64,000 bases of DNA from Heterodontus francisci (Eukaryota). The position numbers and the translations under genes are program-made. The notes beneath the pieces are model-generated. The model was not told where the DNA came from. It did no database searches and saw nothing but the letters and a program-made list of their open reading frames with translations. The stretch covers positions 26,796,819 to 26,860,818 of the forward strand of contig NC_090411.1 of NCBI RefSeq assembly GCF_036365525.1, given 5' to 3'. Below are positions 1-20,025 of this stretch, piece by piece (position 1 is the stretch's first letter; each line of letters starts with the position of its first letter).

Positions 1-1575
1 TAAAGTCCCCCATAACAACTACCCTGTTACTCTCGCCCCTGTCGAGAATCATCTTTGCTATCCTTTCCTCTACATCTCTGGAACTATTTGGAGGTCTATA
101 AAAGACTCCCAACAGGGTGACCTCACCTCTCCTGTTTCTAACCTCGGCCCATACTACCTCAGTAGACGAGTCCTCAAATGTCCTTTCTGCCGCTGTAATA
201 CTCTCCTTGATTAACAATGCCACACCCCCCCCCCCTCTTTTACCATCTTCTCTGTTCTTACTGAAACATCTAAATCCCGGAACCTGCAACATCCATTCCT
301 GCCCCTGCTCTACCCATGTCTCCGAAATGGCCACTACATCGAGATCCCAGGTACCAACCAATGCTGCAAGCTCACCCACCTTATTCCGGATGCTCCTGGT
401 GTTGAAGTAGACACACTTTAAACCAGGTTCTTGCTTGCCAGTGCCCTCTTGCGTCCTTGTAACCTTAGCCCTGACCTCACTACTCTCAACATCCTGTACA
501 CTGGCACTACATTTTAGGTTCCCATTCCCCTGCTGAATTAGTTTAAACCCCCCCGAAGAGCACTAGCAAATCTCCCCCCCAGGATATTGGTACCCCTCTG
601 GTTCAGGTGAAGACCATCCTGTTTGTAGAGGTCCCACCTACCCCAGAAAGAGCCCCAATTATCCAGGAAACCAAAACCCTCCCTCCTGCACCATCCCTGC
701 AGCCACGTGTTCAACTCCTCTCTCTCCCTATTCCTCGCTTCGTTATCACTTGGCACGGGCAACAACCCAGAGATAACAACTCTTTTTGTTCTCGCTCTAA
801 GCTTCCACCCTAGCTCCCTGAATTTCTGTCTTAAATCCCCATCTCTCTTCCTACCTATGTCGTTGGTGCCTATGTGGACCACGACTTGGGGCTGCTCCCC
901 CTCCCCCTTAAGGATCCCAAAAACACGATCCAAGACATCACGAACCCTGGCACCTGGGAGGCAACATACCAACCGTGAGTCTCTCTCGTTCCCACAGAAC
1001 CTCCTATCTGTTCCCCTAACTATGGAGTCCCCAATGACTAATGCTCTGCTCCTCTTCCCTCTTCCCTTCTGAGCAACAGGGACAGACTCTGTGCCAGAGA
1101 CCTGTACCCCATTGCTTACCCCTGGTAAGTCGTCCCCCGCAACAGTATCCAAAACGGTATACCTGTTGTTGAGGGAAACGGCCACAGGGGATCCCTGCAC
1201 TGCCTGCTGGTCCCATCTCCTTCCCCTGACGGTAACCCATCTACCTACTTCTTTTACCTGAGGTGTGACTACCTCCCCATAACTCCTCTCAATAACCCCC
1301 TCCGCCTCACGAATGATCCGAAGTTCATCCAGCTCCAGCTCCAGTTCCCTAATGCGGTTCTCGAGGAGCTGGAGTTGGGTGCACTTCCCGCAGATGCAGT
1401 CAGCAGGGACACTCTTGGCGACCATTACCTCCCACATTCTGCAGGAGGAACATACAACTGCCTTAACCTCCATTCCCACTATTCTAAATTCCCAACAAAT
1501 CTACTGAAAAACCAAAAAAAAATGTCAAAATTTGTTAGGTTAGCAATCCAACGGACAGAACTTCTTAACTAAAAA
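1..1575 (-). mobile_element. CR1 LINE, 5' portion (ORF1 plus start of ORF2), truncated by the window edge; near-identical to 30002-31576
   Basis: ORF1 538..1479 and the start of the APE endonuclease (LKCVYFN...VAISETW) below 540; matches the full element at offset +30001; 5' end approximate. Confidence 0.93.
538..1479 (-). CDS. CR1 ORF1p (CxxC..CxxC zinc finger, coiled coil, SGNH/GDSL esterase-like domain), 313 aa
   Basis: CSSC..CGKC; LLENRIRELELEL coiled coil; [15 protein letters not shown] and DGLHLN motifs typical of CR1 ORF1. Confidence 0.9.
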   Translation of the reverse strand: MGMEVKAVVCSSCRMWEVMVAKSVPADCICGKCTQLQLLENRIRELELELDELRIIREAEGVIERSYGEVVTPQVKEVGRWVTVRGRRWDQQAVQGSPVAVSLNNRYTVLDTVAGDDLPGVSNGVQVSGTESVPVAQKGRGKRSRALVIGDSIVRGTDRRFCGNERDSRLVCCLPGARVRDVLDRVFGILKGEGEQPQVVVHIGTNDIGRKRDGDLRQKFRELGWKLRARTKRVVISGLLPVPSDNEARNREREELNTWLQGWCRREGFGFLDNWGSFWGRWDLYKQDGLHLNQRGTNILGGRFASALRGGLN

Positions 1576-2049
1576 GCTGAGGTACTCAGCACTTTAGGGC
1601 ATTGCTTTTCAAACTGGCCTCCCTACAACCCAGGGAATCCTCAAGGTGATTGCAGGAGGTTCTGAATGGGTCACAACGTCATCATATGTCAACCTATCAT
1701 CAGATACCTACATTGGTTGACCCACAAGCACATTATTTTTGTTGCTGAATACTAATAGAAACATGTTTTCTGCAAATGATGTCTCTATTTTCCAAAGGGC
1801 TCCCAGCACTGCCATTTAAAAGTTAGGATAAGGAGTCTCTCAGAGTAACAAACTAATGTAACTTTACAGATCTGCGTCAAGCTTGTCTTAATACCTCCCC
1901 ATAACTGACAAAATGAGGTTCTGGTGTATATTTTATTGCCATTTTTAGGTCGAGACATTTTTTGGAGTTTGCACCTTTGAGGGAGGTCAAAGATCAAATA
2001 AGCTGTGACATCATGGTTGAGTTGTCAATCAAAGAAGCCTTGCCTTCAA

Positions 2050-2205
2050 CATTCTGATTGGCTCCTGGGTCCCAAATCCAACCCTGTGTTGATTGGAATC
2101 CTTGGACATGGCAGCTGTTCAATTGATTAACGAGTGGTCAGTCATCATTGATGATGTCATTTCCTGCTTAATGAACTGGGGTTGGGGGTCCTGGAGTATA
2201 AATTC
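2050..2205 (+). promoter_or_regulatory. Ferritin copy 1 proximal promoter
   Basis: Inverted CCAAT (ATTGG 2057-2061, 2092-2096), E-box CAGCTG 2112-2117, TGATGTCATTTCCTG 2152-2166, TATAAA 2197-2202 about 100 nt before the ATG; same order before all four copies. Confidence 0.75.
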
Positions 2206-2303
2206 CAGTCCTTTGATAGTATAGTTTTAGGCATTTGGTGTTGATCCTAAAATTGTGATAGTTTTTTTTTTGGTTTGTGTAAATTAAAAGCTACATTCTC
2301 AAA

Positions 2304-7353
<5,050 letters not shown>

Positions 7354-7490
7354 TGTGGCATCACATTACCTAACTATTTGAATGTAGACTAGTTTGTCTG
7401 TCATGTGCATTTCCAATTGTATGCAGATAAAATGTGGCTTTCTGTGTAAAAAGCTGTATCAAAAGAATTGAATTGTTCCACATTACTTGA

Positions 7491-7496
7491 AATAAA
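7491..7496 (+). terminator. Polyadenylation signal, ferritin copy 1
   Basis: AATAAA about 140 nt after the stop; equivalent signals at 20173, 35213 and 42090. Confidence 0.7.
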
Positions 7497-9018
7497 ACTA
7501 TCTTCAATTGATTTTTGTCTGTATGAAGTTATATACTATCATGCAGACCACTGACACTACTTTTAAGATTTGGCAACTTGTAGCTCAGTCATTTGAAGTC
7601 CATTTATTTGCTGTTAACTAGCTGAGCCAACCAGCAAGTAACAATTGTGAATAGACTGAATCTTCAACTGGGTTCCCCTCCAACTGGGGGAAGGTGAAAT
7701 TTTCTTGGGCTTTGACTTGCCAATGACTTCAGCTGTGCCTCTATCACATGTGGTGACACATAAACTCAAATCATCCTGAACAAATTGTTATGGGTTGAAG
7801 TACTAGACCCCTGGGGGAGTGGAGGGGAAGATGTTGAACAAGAATTACTATTCTAGGCCAAAGTGAAATGCTTTTTCTGGCCTTGGGAGGCTACAAATTC
7901 AAGGCAACAAGTTACTTTTGCCTTTCCCAGCCCTTCCTCCCATCGAACACCTCATCTCATTAGGTTGTTTTCTTGCTGTGCTGCAAGAATGTCTGTAAAA
8001 TAACTTTTGGGGAAAGAAGGAACAAAACCATCTGTTCCCAGTTCCTCATTTGATGCCATCTTCATCTACAGATCTAAGTTGCTTTGTCAGATGGCTAGGA
8101 AGTTGAGTGTCTTCAAGTTATGACAGGTGTGTAGTTTAGAAGCTCAAGTCAAAACAAATTGACTTGAGCCAAAAGATGTGAGCTGGCTGGACCAAGTTCA
8201 GCTCTGTCTCAAACTATCTTGAATTGGACAGAAAGCCATTCCTCTATTGTTGCTGGGTCAAAGTCTTGGAATTCCTTACCAATGTCTTCAACTTCGATTT
8301 GCTGTGCATAGCAGTGCCGAGTCTGTTTTCAGGTGGATATGCATGCATATATCTTGAAGGGTACGTTGCTTATGTAGAGCCTGTTGGTCCTTGTGTGGCA
8401 CATTCCTGGTTGCTGTACTGCTTTGAAGGACCATTTATCCCCACCTAACATTGTTCAGAAATCTCACTGGAGACAGTAGCAATTCAAGGCAGCTCACCAC
8501 CACCCTCAAGGGCAACTCAGGCTGGGTAGTAAATGCCTGTTTTAAAAAAAAAAAAAATGAAATCACAGTTGCTATAAATACAGCAGTTTGTGAATTTAAA
8601 CATAGCAAGCCTAATGTCCTGTAATCTAGTTTGAAGTATTGAAATAAATTGTCCACTTATCATTTAGTGGCTGCACTTTCCAAGTTTAAGAATGGTCAAT
8701 GTCCTGCATTTCTTAGCTTTCCCCATCTTTCAACTGTGTACAGATTATCTTACACAGGAGGTAGCTTTCCTGTCATATAAGTCAATGATCTCTTCAGCTA
8801 GTTTCCATTGCCTGAAAGGCTCAGAGGAATTTTCTTTCTCCCCTTCATGGATTTTTATCTGGCGGTCTCTTGCAGGAGATTACATGGTTTCGGGTGGGTG
8901 TAGTGTCTGTATTAAGAGCCATGAGAGCACAACTGTATGGAACAGGCTCAATTGATCGGTTGGTCTCTTCATGGGTACTGGTGAGCCAGACTCACTGACA
9001 CAAATTAACTATTTATAT

Positions 9019-9154
9019 AATAAAAGCAAAATATTGCAGATGCAGGAAATCTGAAATAAAAACAAGAAATGCTGGAAATACTCAGCAGATCTGGCAGCAT
9101 CTGTGGAGAGCGAAGCAGAGTTAACATTTCAGGTCAGTGACCCTTCTTCAGAAC
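9019..9154 (-). mobile_element. Penelope-like element terminal fragment containing a minimal hammerhead-ribozyme core
   Basis: Minus strand AGTT-CTGAAGA-AGGGTCACTGACCT-GAAA-TGTTAACT; imperfect 14-bp TSD 9005-9018/9155-9168; empty site near 36810. Confidence 0.7.
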
Positions 9155-9369
9155 TTAACCACTTATATCATGTGCTAAAGGGCACTTTTCCCCCAACGAG
9201 GAGAGAATATTCTAATTGAGACTGAGCCAGTGTTCTATACAAGTTTAACATAACTTCCTTGCTTCTGTACTCGATGAATGAACCCGAGAATGCTGGATGC
9301 TCTATTAACAGCTCTCTCAACCTGTCCTGCCACCTTTAATGATTTATGCACATATACACCCAGGTCCCT

Positions 9370-11400
9370 CTATATAATACAATATAGTGCAGAAAAGGCC
9401 CTTTAGCCCATCGAGACTGCACCGATGCATTAAAGATACCTGACCTGTCTACCTAATCCCATTTGCCAAAACTTGGCCCATAGCCTTGAATGTTATGATG
9501 TGCCAAGTGCTCATCCAGGTGCTTTTTAAATGATGTGAGGCAACACGCCTCTACCACCCTCCCAGGCAGGGCATTCCAGACCGTCACCACCCTCTGGGTA
9601 AAAAAGTCCTTTCTCAAATCCCCCTTAAACCTCCCGCCCCTCACCTTAAAACTTGTGTCCCCTCGTAACTGACCCTTCAACTAAGGGGAACAGCTGCTCC
9701 CTATCCACCCTGTCCATGCCCCTCATAATCTTGTACACCTCGATCAGGTCACCCCTCAGTCTTCTCTGCTCCAGCAAAAACAACCCAAGCCTATCCAACC
9801 TCTCTTCATAGCTTAAATGTTCCATCCCAGGCAACATCCTGGTGAATCGCCTCTGCACCCCCTCCAGTGCAATCACATTCTTCCGATAATGTGGCGACCA
9901 GAATTGCACACAGTACTCCAGCTGTGGCCTTACCAAAGTTCTGTACAACTCCAACATGACCTCCCTGCTTTTGTAATCTATTTGTATCCCTATTAACCTG
10001 CCCTTCTGCCTTCAGAGATCTATGGACAAACTCGCCAAGGTCCCTTTGTTCCTTGGAACTTCCCAGTGTCAGGCCATTTATTGAATACTTCCGTGTCACA
10101 TTACTCCTTCCAAAGTGCATCACCTCACACTTTTCAGCGTTAAATTCCATCTGCCACTTTTCTGCCCATTTGACCATCCCGTCTATATCTTCCTATAACC
10201 CAAGACACTCCACCTCACTGTTAACTACTCGGCCAATCTTCGTGTCATCCGCAAACTTACTGATCCTACCCCCACATAGTCATCTATGTCGTTTATATAA
10301 ATGACAAACAATAGGGGACCCAGCACAGATCCCTGTCGTCCGCCACTGGACACTGGCTTCCAGTCACTAAAACAGCCGTCTGTCATCACTCTCTGTCTCC
10401 TACAGCTAAGCCAATTTTGAATCCATCTTATCAAGTTACCCTGTATCCCATGTGTATTTGCTTTCTTGATAAGTCTCCCATGTGGGACCTTGTCAAAGGC
10501 TTTGCTGAAATCCATGTAAACTACATCAACTGCACTGCCCTCATCGACACACACGGTCACATGCTCAAAAAATTCAATCAAATTTGTTAGGCATGACCTC
10601 CCTTTTGCAAAGCCATGCTGACTATTCCTAATCAAATTTTGCCTCTCCAAGTGGAGATAGATTCTCTCCTTCAGAATTTTCTCCAATAGTTTCCCAACCA
10701 CTGACATGAGACTCACTGGTCTGTAGTTCCCTGGCTTATCTCTACAAACTTTCTTAAATAGTGGGACCACATTTGCTGTTTTCCAGTCCTCTGGCAGCTC
10801 CCCCGTGGCCAGAAAGAAATTAAAAATTAGGGTCAGAGCCCCTGCAACCTCCACCCTCGCCTCCCACAGCATCCTGGGACACAAATCGTCCGGACCTGGA
10901 GATTTGTCCACTTTTAAGCCTGCCAAAACCTCCAATACCTTGTCACTCCCTATGACAATTTGCTCAAGAACCTCACAGTCTCTCTCTTTGAGTTCCATAT
11001 CTACATCCACATTCTCTTGGGTGAAGACAGATGTGAAGTATTCATTCAACACCCTACCAATGTCCTCTGGCTCCACCAACAGATTTCCCCCTTGGTCCCT
11101 AATGGGTCCTACGCTTTCCCTTGTTATGCAATGTGGCTGTCCCTTTTTTATTTCTAAACTCCACCCATAAAGCTTCATTTGATGCCCCCTCCAAGGTATC
11201 ATCTCTCCTTACTGCAGTAACTGACTCCTTAACTAATATTTTACCCCTCCTCTGTCTCGCCTGAAGATTCTATATCCCGGGATATTGAGCTGCCAATCCT
11301 GCCCCTCCCTCAACCATGTCTCTTTCGGTGATGGCTACTATATCACAATTCCACATGTCAATCCTTGCCCTTAACTCATATGTTTTACCTGTAATACTCC
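9370..11400 (-). mobile_element. Degenerate CR1 LINE (RT and 3'UTR, internal deletions)
   Basis: ORF fragments 10225..11202, 9806..10177, 9646..9957 and 9453..9680 with CR1 ORF2 motifs. Confidence 0.9.
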
Positions 11401-11429
11401 TGCACCCCCTTTAGAGTTGCACTCATTAT

Positions 11430-13900
11430 TTTATGTTATCTCTGCATTTATCCAACCAAAATGAATCACTTCACACTTTGCTGCATTACATTTCATCTGT
11501 CTCTTTTCCACCCGTTCCAACAACCTATCTATGTCCTTTTGGAGTTCTATACTGTCCTCCTCATAGTTCACAATGTTTCCAAGTTTTGTATCAAATGCCA
11601 ATTTTGAAATTTTGCCCTGTCCGGCAAGATCGGGGTTATTAATACATATATCAGGTACAGCAGGGGTCCTAACATCGAACCTTGGGGAACTCCACTACAA
11701 ACTTTCCTCCAGTCCGAAAAACATCCATTATCACTACTCTCTGTTTCCTATCACTCAGCCAATTTCATATCCATGTTGCTACTGTCCCTTTCATTCCATG
11801 AGCTAGAGCTTTGCTCACGAGTCTGGTTTTTGGCACTGTGTCAAATGATTTTTGGAAGTCCATGTACACCACATCAACAGCATTACCCTGATCAACCTTC
11901 TCTGTTACCTCATCAAAAACTCCAGCAAGTTGTTAAACACAATTTGCCCTTCACAAATTAGGCTTTCCATAATTAACCCACATTTGCCCAAGTGGCTATT
12001 AATTTTATCCCAAATTATAATTTCTAAAACCTTCCCACCACTGAGGTTAAACTGACTGGCCTGTAGTTGCTGGGCTTATCTTTACAACCTTTTTTGAACA
12101 ATGGTGTAACATTTCCAATTCTCCAGGCCCCTGGCACCACCCCTGAATCTAAGGAAGACTGGAAAATTATGCCGCTGCAATTTCCACTCTCACTTCCCTC
12201 AGTATCCTTGGATGCATCTCATCTCGTCCTGCTGCCTTATCAACTTTAAGTACCGCGAGCCTATCCAATACCTCTTCCTTATCAATTTTAAGTCATTTAA
12301 ATGCCTGAATTACTTCCTCTTTCATCATGACCTGTGCAGCATCTTCTTCCTTGGTAAAGAGAGATGCAAAGTATTCCTTTAATACCTCAGCCATACCCCC
12401 TGCCTCCATGTGTAAATCCCTTTATTAGTCCCTAATTGGCCCCACTCCTCCTTTTACCACCCTTTTACTGTTAATGTTCCCATAGAAGACCTTTGGGTTC
12501 CCTTTATATTTTCTGCCAGTCTCTTCTCGTACTCTTTGTTGCTCTTATTTGCCTTTTCACTTCCCTTGTGAACTTTCGATATTCTGCTTGGTTCTCACCT
12601 GACATCTGTCATGGCATATTTTTTCGTCTTCATCTTTATCTTTTTCATCAACCGGGGAGCTCTGGATTTGTTTGCCCCACCTTTCCCCTTTGTGGGAATA
12701 TACCTTGACTGTGCCCAAACTATCTCTTCTTGAAAGGCAGCTCATTGTTCAGTTACCATTCTGTCTGCCAATCTTTGATTCCAATTAATCTGGGTCAAAT
12801 CCATTCTTAACCCAATTGAAGTTGGCATTCTCCCAATCCATTATTCTTACTCTGGATTGTTCTTTATCCTTTTTTGTAGCTAACCTAAATCTTATGATAC
12901 AATGATCACTATTCCCTAAACGTTCGCCAACTGACACTTGATCCAATTGGCCCACCTCATTCCCAAGAATCAGGTCTAGCAGTGTCTCCTTTCTCATTAG
13001 ACTGGAAACCATACTGCTGCAGAAAATTCTCCTGAACACACTCAAGGAAATCTAGCCCTTCTTTTCCCTTTACATGACTACTATCCCAGTTTATATTCAG
13101 AGAATTAAAGTTCTCCATTATAACCACTCTATAATTCTTGCACTTCTCTGCAATGTCCTTCCAAATTTGCTCCTCTGCACCTTTGCTGCTATTTGATGGC
13201 CGATAAATTACACCCAGCAATGTAATTGCACTTTTTTTGTTCCTCAGCTCCAGCCGAATAGATTCGGTCCTTGACTCCTCTGGGTCATCCTTTCTCTCAG
13301 GCACTGCAATGTTCTCCTTCATCAAAACTGATACCCCTCCCCCTTTCCTTCCTTTCCTATCTTTCTTGAACACCTTATATCCAGGAATATTTAGTACCCA
13401 GTCCTGCCCTTCTTTGAGCCAGGTCTCTGTTATTGCCACAACCTCATATTTCCATGTGGCTGGCTGTGCCTGCAGCTCGCCAACCTTATTTACACTCCGC
13501 GCATTCGCAAACAGTAAAGCCTAATTTAAATGTTATTACTTCCCCTGTTCCTCTGACTCCATCTAATAAACTTGCTATTTCTTACTCTAGTGCAATCTGT
13601 ATCTTTCAATTCTCTGTGCACCTTGGTGTTCCTCTGTTGTATTATCTCCTGGGTCCCACACCCCTGCCAAGTTAGTTTAAACCCTCCCAAATAGCACTAG
13701 CAAATCGCTCCGCATGGATCCTGTCCCAGCTCTGTTCAACTTGCCTGGCCTCTAAAGGTCCCATCTTCTCCAGATCTTGTCCCAGTGTCACAAGAATCTA
13801 ATGCCTTCTCTCCTGCGCCATCTTTCCAGTCATGCATTCATCTGGTCTATTCTCTATTTCTATACTCACTTGCACTTGGTACCAGGAATAATCCAGAGAT
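11430..13900 (-). mobile_element. Old degenerate CR1 LINE (ORF1 end, endonuclease, part of RT)
   Basis: AITETWL..NIPGY..GGGV (12957..13439), LDLILGNE..SDH (12785..13045); ORF1/ORF2 junction motif at 13672-13684; paralogous to 22445-24920. Confidence 0.85.
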
Positions 13901-13909
13901 TACTACTTT

Positions 13910-14340
13910 AACTACCAGAGACTGCTACTCCTCCTGGCTGGCCTCCCATATTCTAGGAGGTCATCCAGAACTCCAGTGCCCTTGTCCTCAATCACACCAA
14001 GTCCTATTCACCCATCATGCCTATCATCGCTGACCCACATTAACCTCCTGGTTAACCAAAGCCGCTATTTCAAATTCTCACCCTTCTTTTCAAATCCTTC
14101 ATATGGCCTCGCCCATCCCTATCTCTGCAATCCATCCGGCCCCACAGCCCTCGAAATATCTGCACTCCTTTAATTTTGGCCTTTGAGCATTTACAATTTT
14201 AATTGCTCCACCATTGCCAGCCGTACCTTCAGGAATTTCATCCTTAAACATCCTCACCTCTTTACCTCTCTCTCTCTATTCCTTGAAGATACTCCTTAAA
14301 ATCCAGCGGTTTGATCAAGCTTTTGTCACCTCCATTTAGA
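13910..14340 (+). mobile_element. L2-like LINE 3' remnant (paralog at about 24930-25370)
   Basis: Pyrimidine-rich HITP/LHWLP-like remnant followed by CTCCTTAAAA..TTTGA..AAGCTTTTG, typical of L2 3' ends. Confidence 0.55.
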
Positions 14341-14374
14341 ATCATCCTCTCCTTCACTTACCTTCCGCTGCATC

Positions 14375-14712
14375 AAAATCATGAGGGTTCTGGACAGAGT
14401 AGATAGGAAGAAACTGTTCCCACTCGTGAAAGGATGATGAACGGGAGGGCATAGATTTCAGGTAATTGGTAAAAGAAAATAAGGTGAGGTCAAGGTTTGG
14501 AAAGAACTGCCTGAGAGTGTGGTGGAGGTAGGTTCAATCGAGGCTTTCAAAAGGGAATTGGACTGTTATATGAAAAGGAAGAACGCGCAGGGTTACGGGG
14601 AGAAGGCGGGGGAATGGCATTAGGTGACATGCTGATTCGGTGAGCCGGTGCAGACACAATGGGCCGAATGGCCTCCTTTGATGTTGGAACAGTTCTATGA
14701 TTCTGTGATTCT
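14375..14712 (+). mobile_element. CR1 3' end fragment (paralog at about 25410-25772)
   Basis: KIMRVLDRVD-like remnant; GGGCCGAATGGCCTCCT hairpin and TTCTATGATTCT tail. Confidence 0.75.
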
Positions 14713-15335
14713 GCATCCTGTTGCTGCTTTCAAGCTGGGATATGCCCATAGAAGACGTTTGGATTCCCTTTTATATTTGCAGCCAGTCTCTCCAGCTTCG
14801 ATTACCACCCCACTGTCCTCAATTGAACGATGAGTCCATCCTCTGGCTATCAATTGGCCGCCCCAGGGAAAATCACAGTGAGTGACTGTTCCCCACACAG
14901 TACGGGTTCAGAAGCCAGCAGGGAAATTCCAGCCTTAAAGGTGGAGGCGAGCACAGTGAAGTCTAATTCTGTCCTCAGCCCATATCCACTCACACGTACA
15001 CACGTGTTCACAAATACACACACGAACATATGCACACTCATACATGTGTGTGCACACAGGGGTAGCAGTGTGGATCGTCTCAGGCATTAGATCTCATTCT
15101 CTATTCAAAGAAGAGCAGGGAATTTTCCTTCAGCTTACATCACTAAAACAGACTATCTGGTGGTCATTATCATATTGCAGTTTGTGGGAGCTTGCTGTGC
15201 ACATATTAGCTACCGAATTTCCTACATTACAACAGTGACTACATTTCAAAAGTACTTCATTAGCTGCAACGTGCTTTGGGACTTTCAGAGTTCTTCCTTT
15301 CGAGTTCTGCGACAGTCGTCTGTCTGGAAGACACA

Positions 15336-15690
15336 AGGGCCGGGATTTTCAATTGCCGGTTGGGTGGGGAATGAATGTGGACGCAATTTGAAAACCGTCA
15401 CCTCTGAAACGCGGGACGGTGGGAGGGGGCAACGGGAAACCTTTTCGCCGACAATTAACAGCCCATTAACCTCCTTGAGGAGCTTGTTAACGGGACTGGG
15501 AGCGCGAGGAAGCAATTTTTAAAGGTTAGTGCGCCGAACTCAAACAGTCTGGTGCAGGTTATTGCACAGTCGTCGGGTCCAACGTGGGCAAAGGTGAAAA
15601 TTCTTTTATTGGTGATGACAAATTTCGGGAGCTGGGGGATTTTCGCTGGATCCTGCACGTTACCTTCCATTTGGCCGTTTGGCCACTTTT
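15336..15690. mobile_element. Putative non-autonomous Harbinger-type DNA element (paralog at about 26060-26480)
   Basis: Starts GGGCCGGGATTTT like the Harbinger end at 60740; CpG-rich; internal AATTAACAG..AGCTTGTTAA motif resembles the subterminal region of the 60.7-kb element. Confidence 0.45.
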
Positions 15691-15854
15691 CAGAGCAACA
15701 ATATTCTCTGAACCAAGATTAAAAAACTCTTCTTTGAATTGACACCGACCTGAACTACATTTGGTTGCAGTTTGCGTTCAATGCCAACTACTGTAAAAAC
15801 ACAGAAAAATGGTGGCTTGGAAATAACAGTGCAATATTATTGGTAAACACTTTA

Positions 15855-16220
15855 ATTTATTCTTGAGATGTGAGACTCACTGGCAAGGCCAGCATTTATT
15901 GCCCATCTCCAACTGGTCATGAGAAGGAGCTGGTGGGACTTGTTCTTGAACCGCTTTAGTCCATGCGCTGAAGATGCTCCCATAGTGTTGGTCGGAAGGG
16001 AGTTCCATGATTTTGACCCGGTGACGATGAGGGAGCGGTGATTTATGTCCAAGTCAGAATGGTGTGTGGCTCAGAGGGGAACTTGGAGGTGGTGGCGTTC
16101 CCATACACCTGCTTCCTTTGTCCTTCGGGCTGGTGGAGGTCACATGCTAGGGAGGGGCTGTCGGAGTAGCCTTGGGGAGTTGCTGCAGTGTATCCTGTAG
16201 ATAGTGCACACGGCAGCCCC
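15855..16220 (-). mobile_element. Non-LTR retrotransposon 3' end (paralog at about 26640-27010)
   Basis: Reverse complement of the recurrent tail GGGCAATAAATGCTGGCCTTGCCAG, also seen near 36300, 41600, 45000 and 57615. Confidence 0.6.
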
Positions 16221-16674
16221 AGTGGAAATGGACCTTTCAGCTACCTGACATGTTGTTTTGTCTCTTAAGTTAATTGCACCAATCCACCATAACCAACTTG
16301 CCTCTCATGCCCTCATATTTACCTTTGTTCAGATTTAAGACCTTAGTTTCAGAATAAACTGTATCTCTTTCAAACTTCATGTAGAATTCTATCATATTGT
16401 TGTCACTATTTCCCAATGGCTCCTTTACTGCGCTGCCATTTAAATGTTAGGATAAGGAGTCCCTCAGAGTAACAAACTAATGTAACTTTACAGATCTGCA
16501 TCAAGCTTGTCTTCATATCTCCCCACAACTGCCAAAATGAAGTTCTGCTGTATATTTTATTGTCATTTTTAACTCGAGGCCTGTTCAAAGTTTGTACTTT
16601 TCAGGGAGGTCAAAGATCAAATAAGCTGTTACATTATGGTTGAATTGTCAATTAAAGGAGCCTTACCTTCAACA

Positions 16675-16797
16675 TTCTGATTGGCTCCTGGGTCCCAAAT
16701 CCAACCCTGTGTTGATTGGAATCCTTGGACATGGCAGCTGATTAACGATGTCATTTCCTGGTTAATAAAATGGTGTTGGGGTCCTGGACTATAAATT
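16675..16797 (+). promoter_or_regulatory. Ferritin copy 2 proximal promoter
   Basis: Two ATTGG boxes, CAGCTG, GATGTCATTTCCTG and TATAAA 16790-16795. Confidence 0.72.
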
Positions 16798-16885
16798 CAA
16801 GTCCTTTGACAGTGTAGTTTTATGTAGTTGGTGTTAATTTGTGATAGTTTTTTTGTTGGTGTAAATTGAAAGCTACATTTACAAA

Positions 16886-20025
<3,140 letters not shown>

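Noticed and set aside
117-1572. Plus-strand ORFs overlapping CR1 (and similar ones at 28111-31573)
   Set aside because: Antisense shadows of CR1 ORF1/ORF2 with no independent coding signal
2041-2052. TGCCTTCAACA resembling the 5' arm of a ferritin IRE
   Set aside because: No CAGTG loop follows, and it is upstream of the TATA box
16804-16820. Functional IRE at CAGTGT in copy 2
   Set aside because: Flanks TTTGA/AGTTT cannot form the upper stem, the motif is not kept in other copies, and it probably lies at or before the TSS
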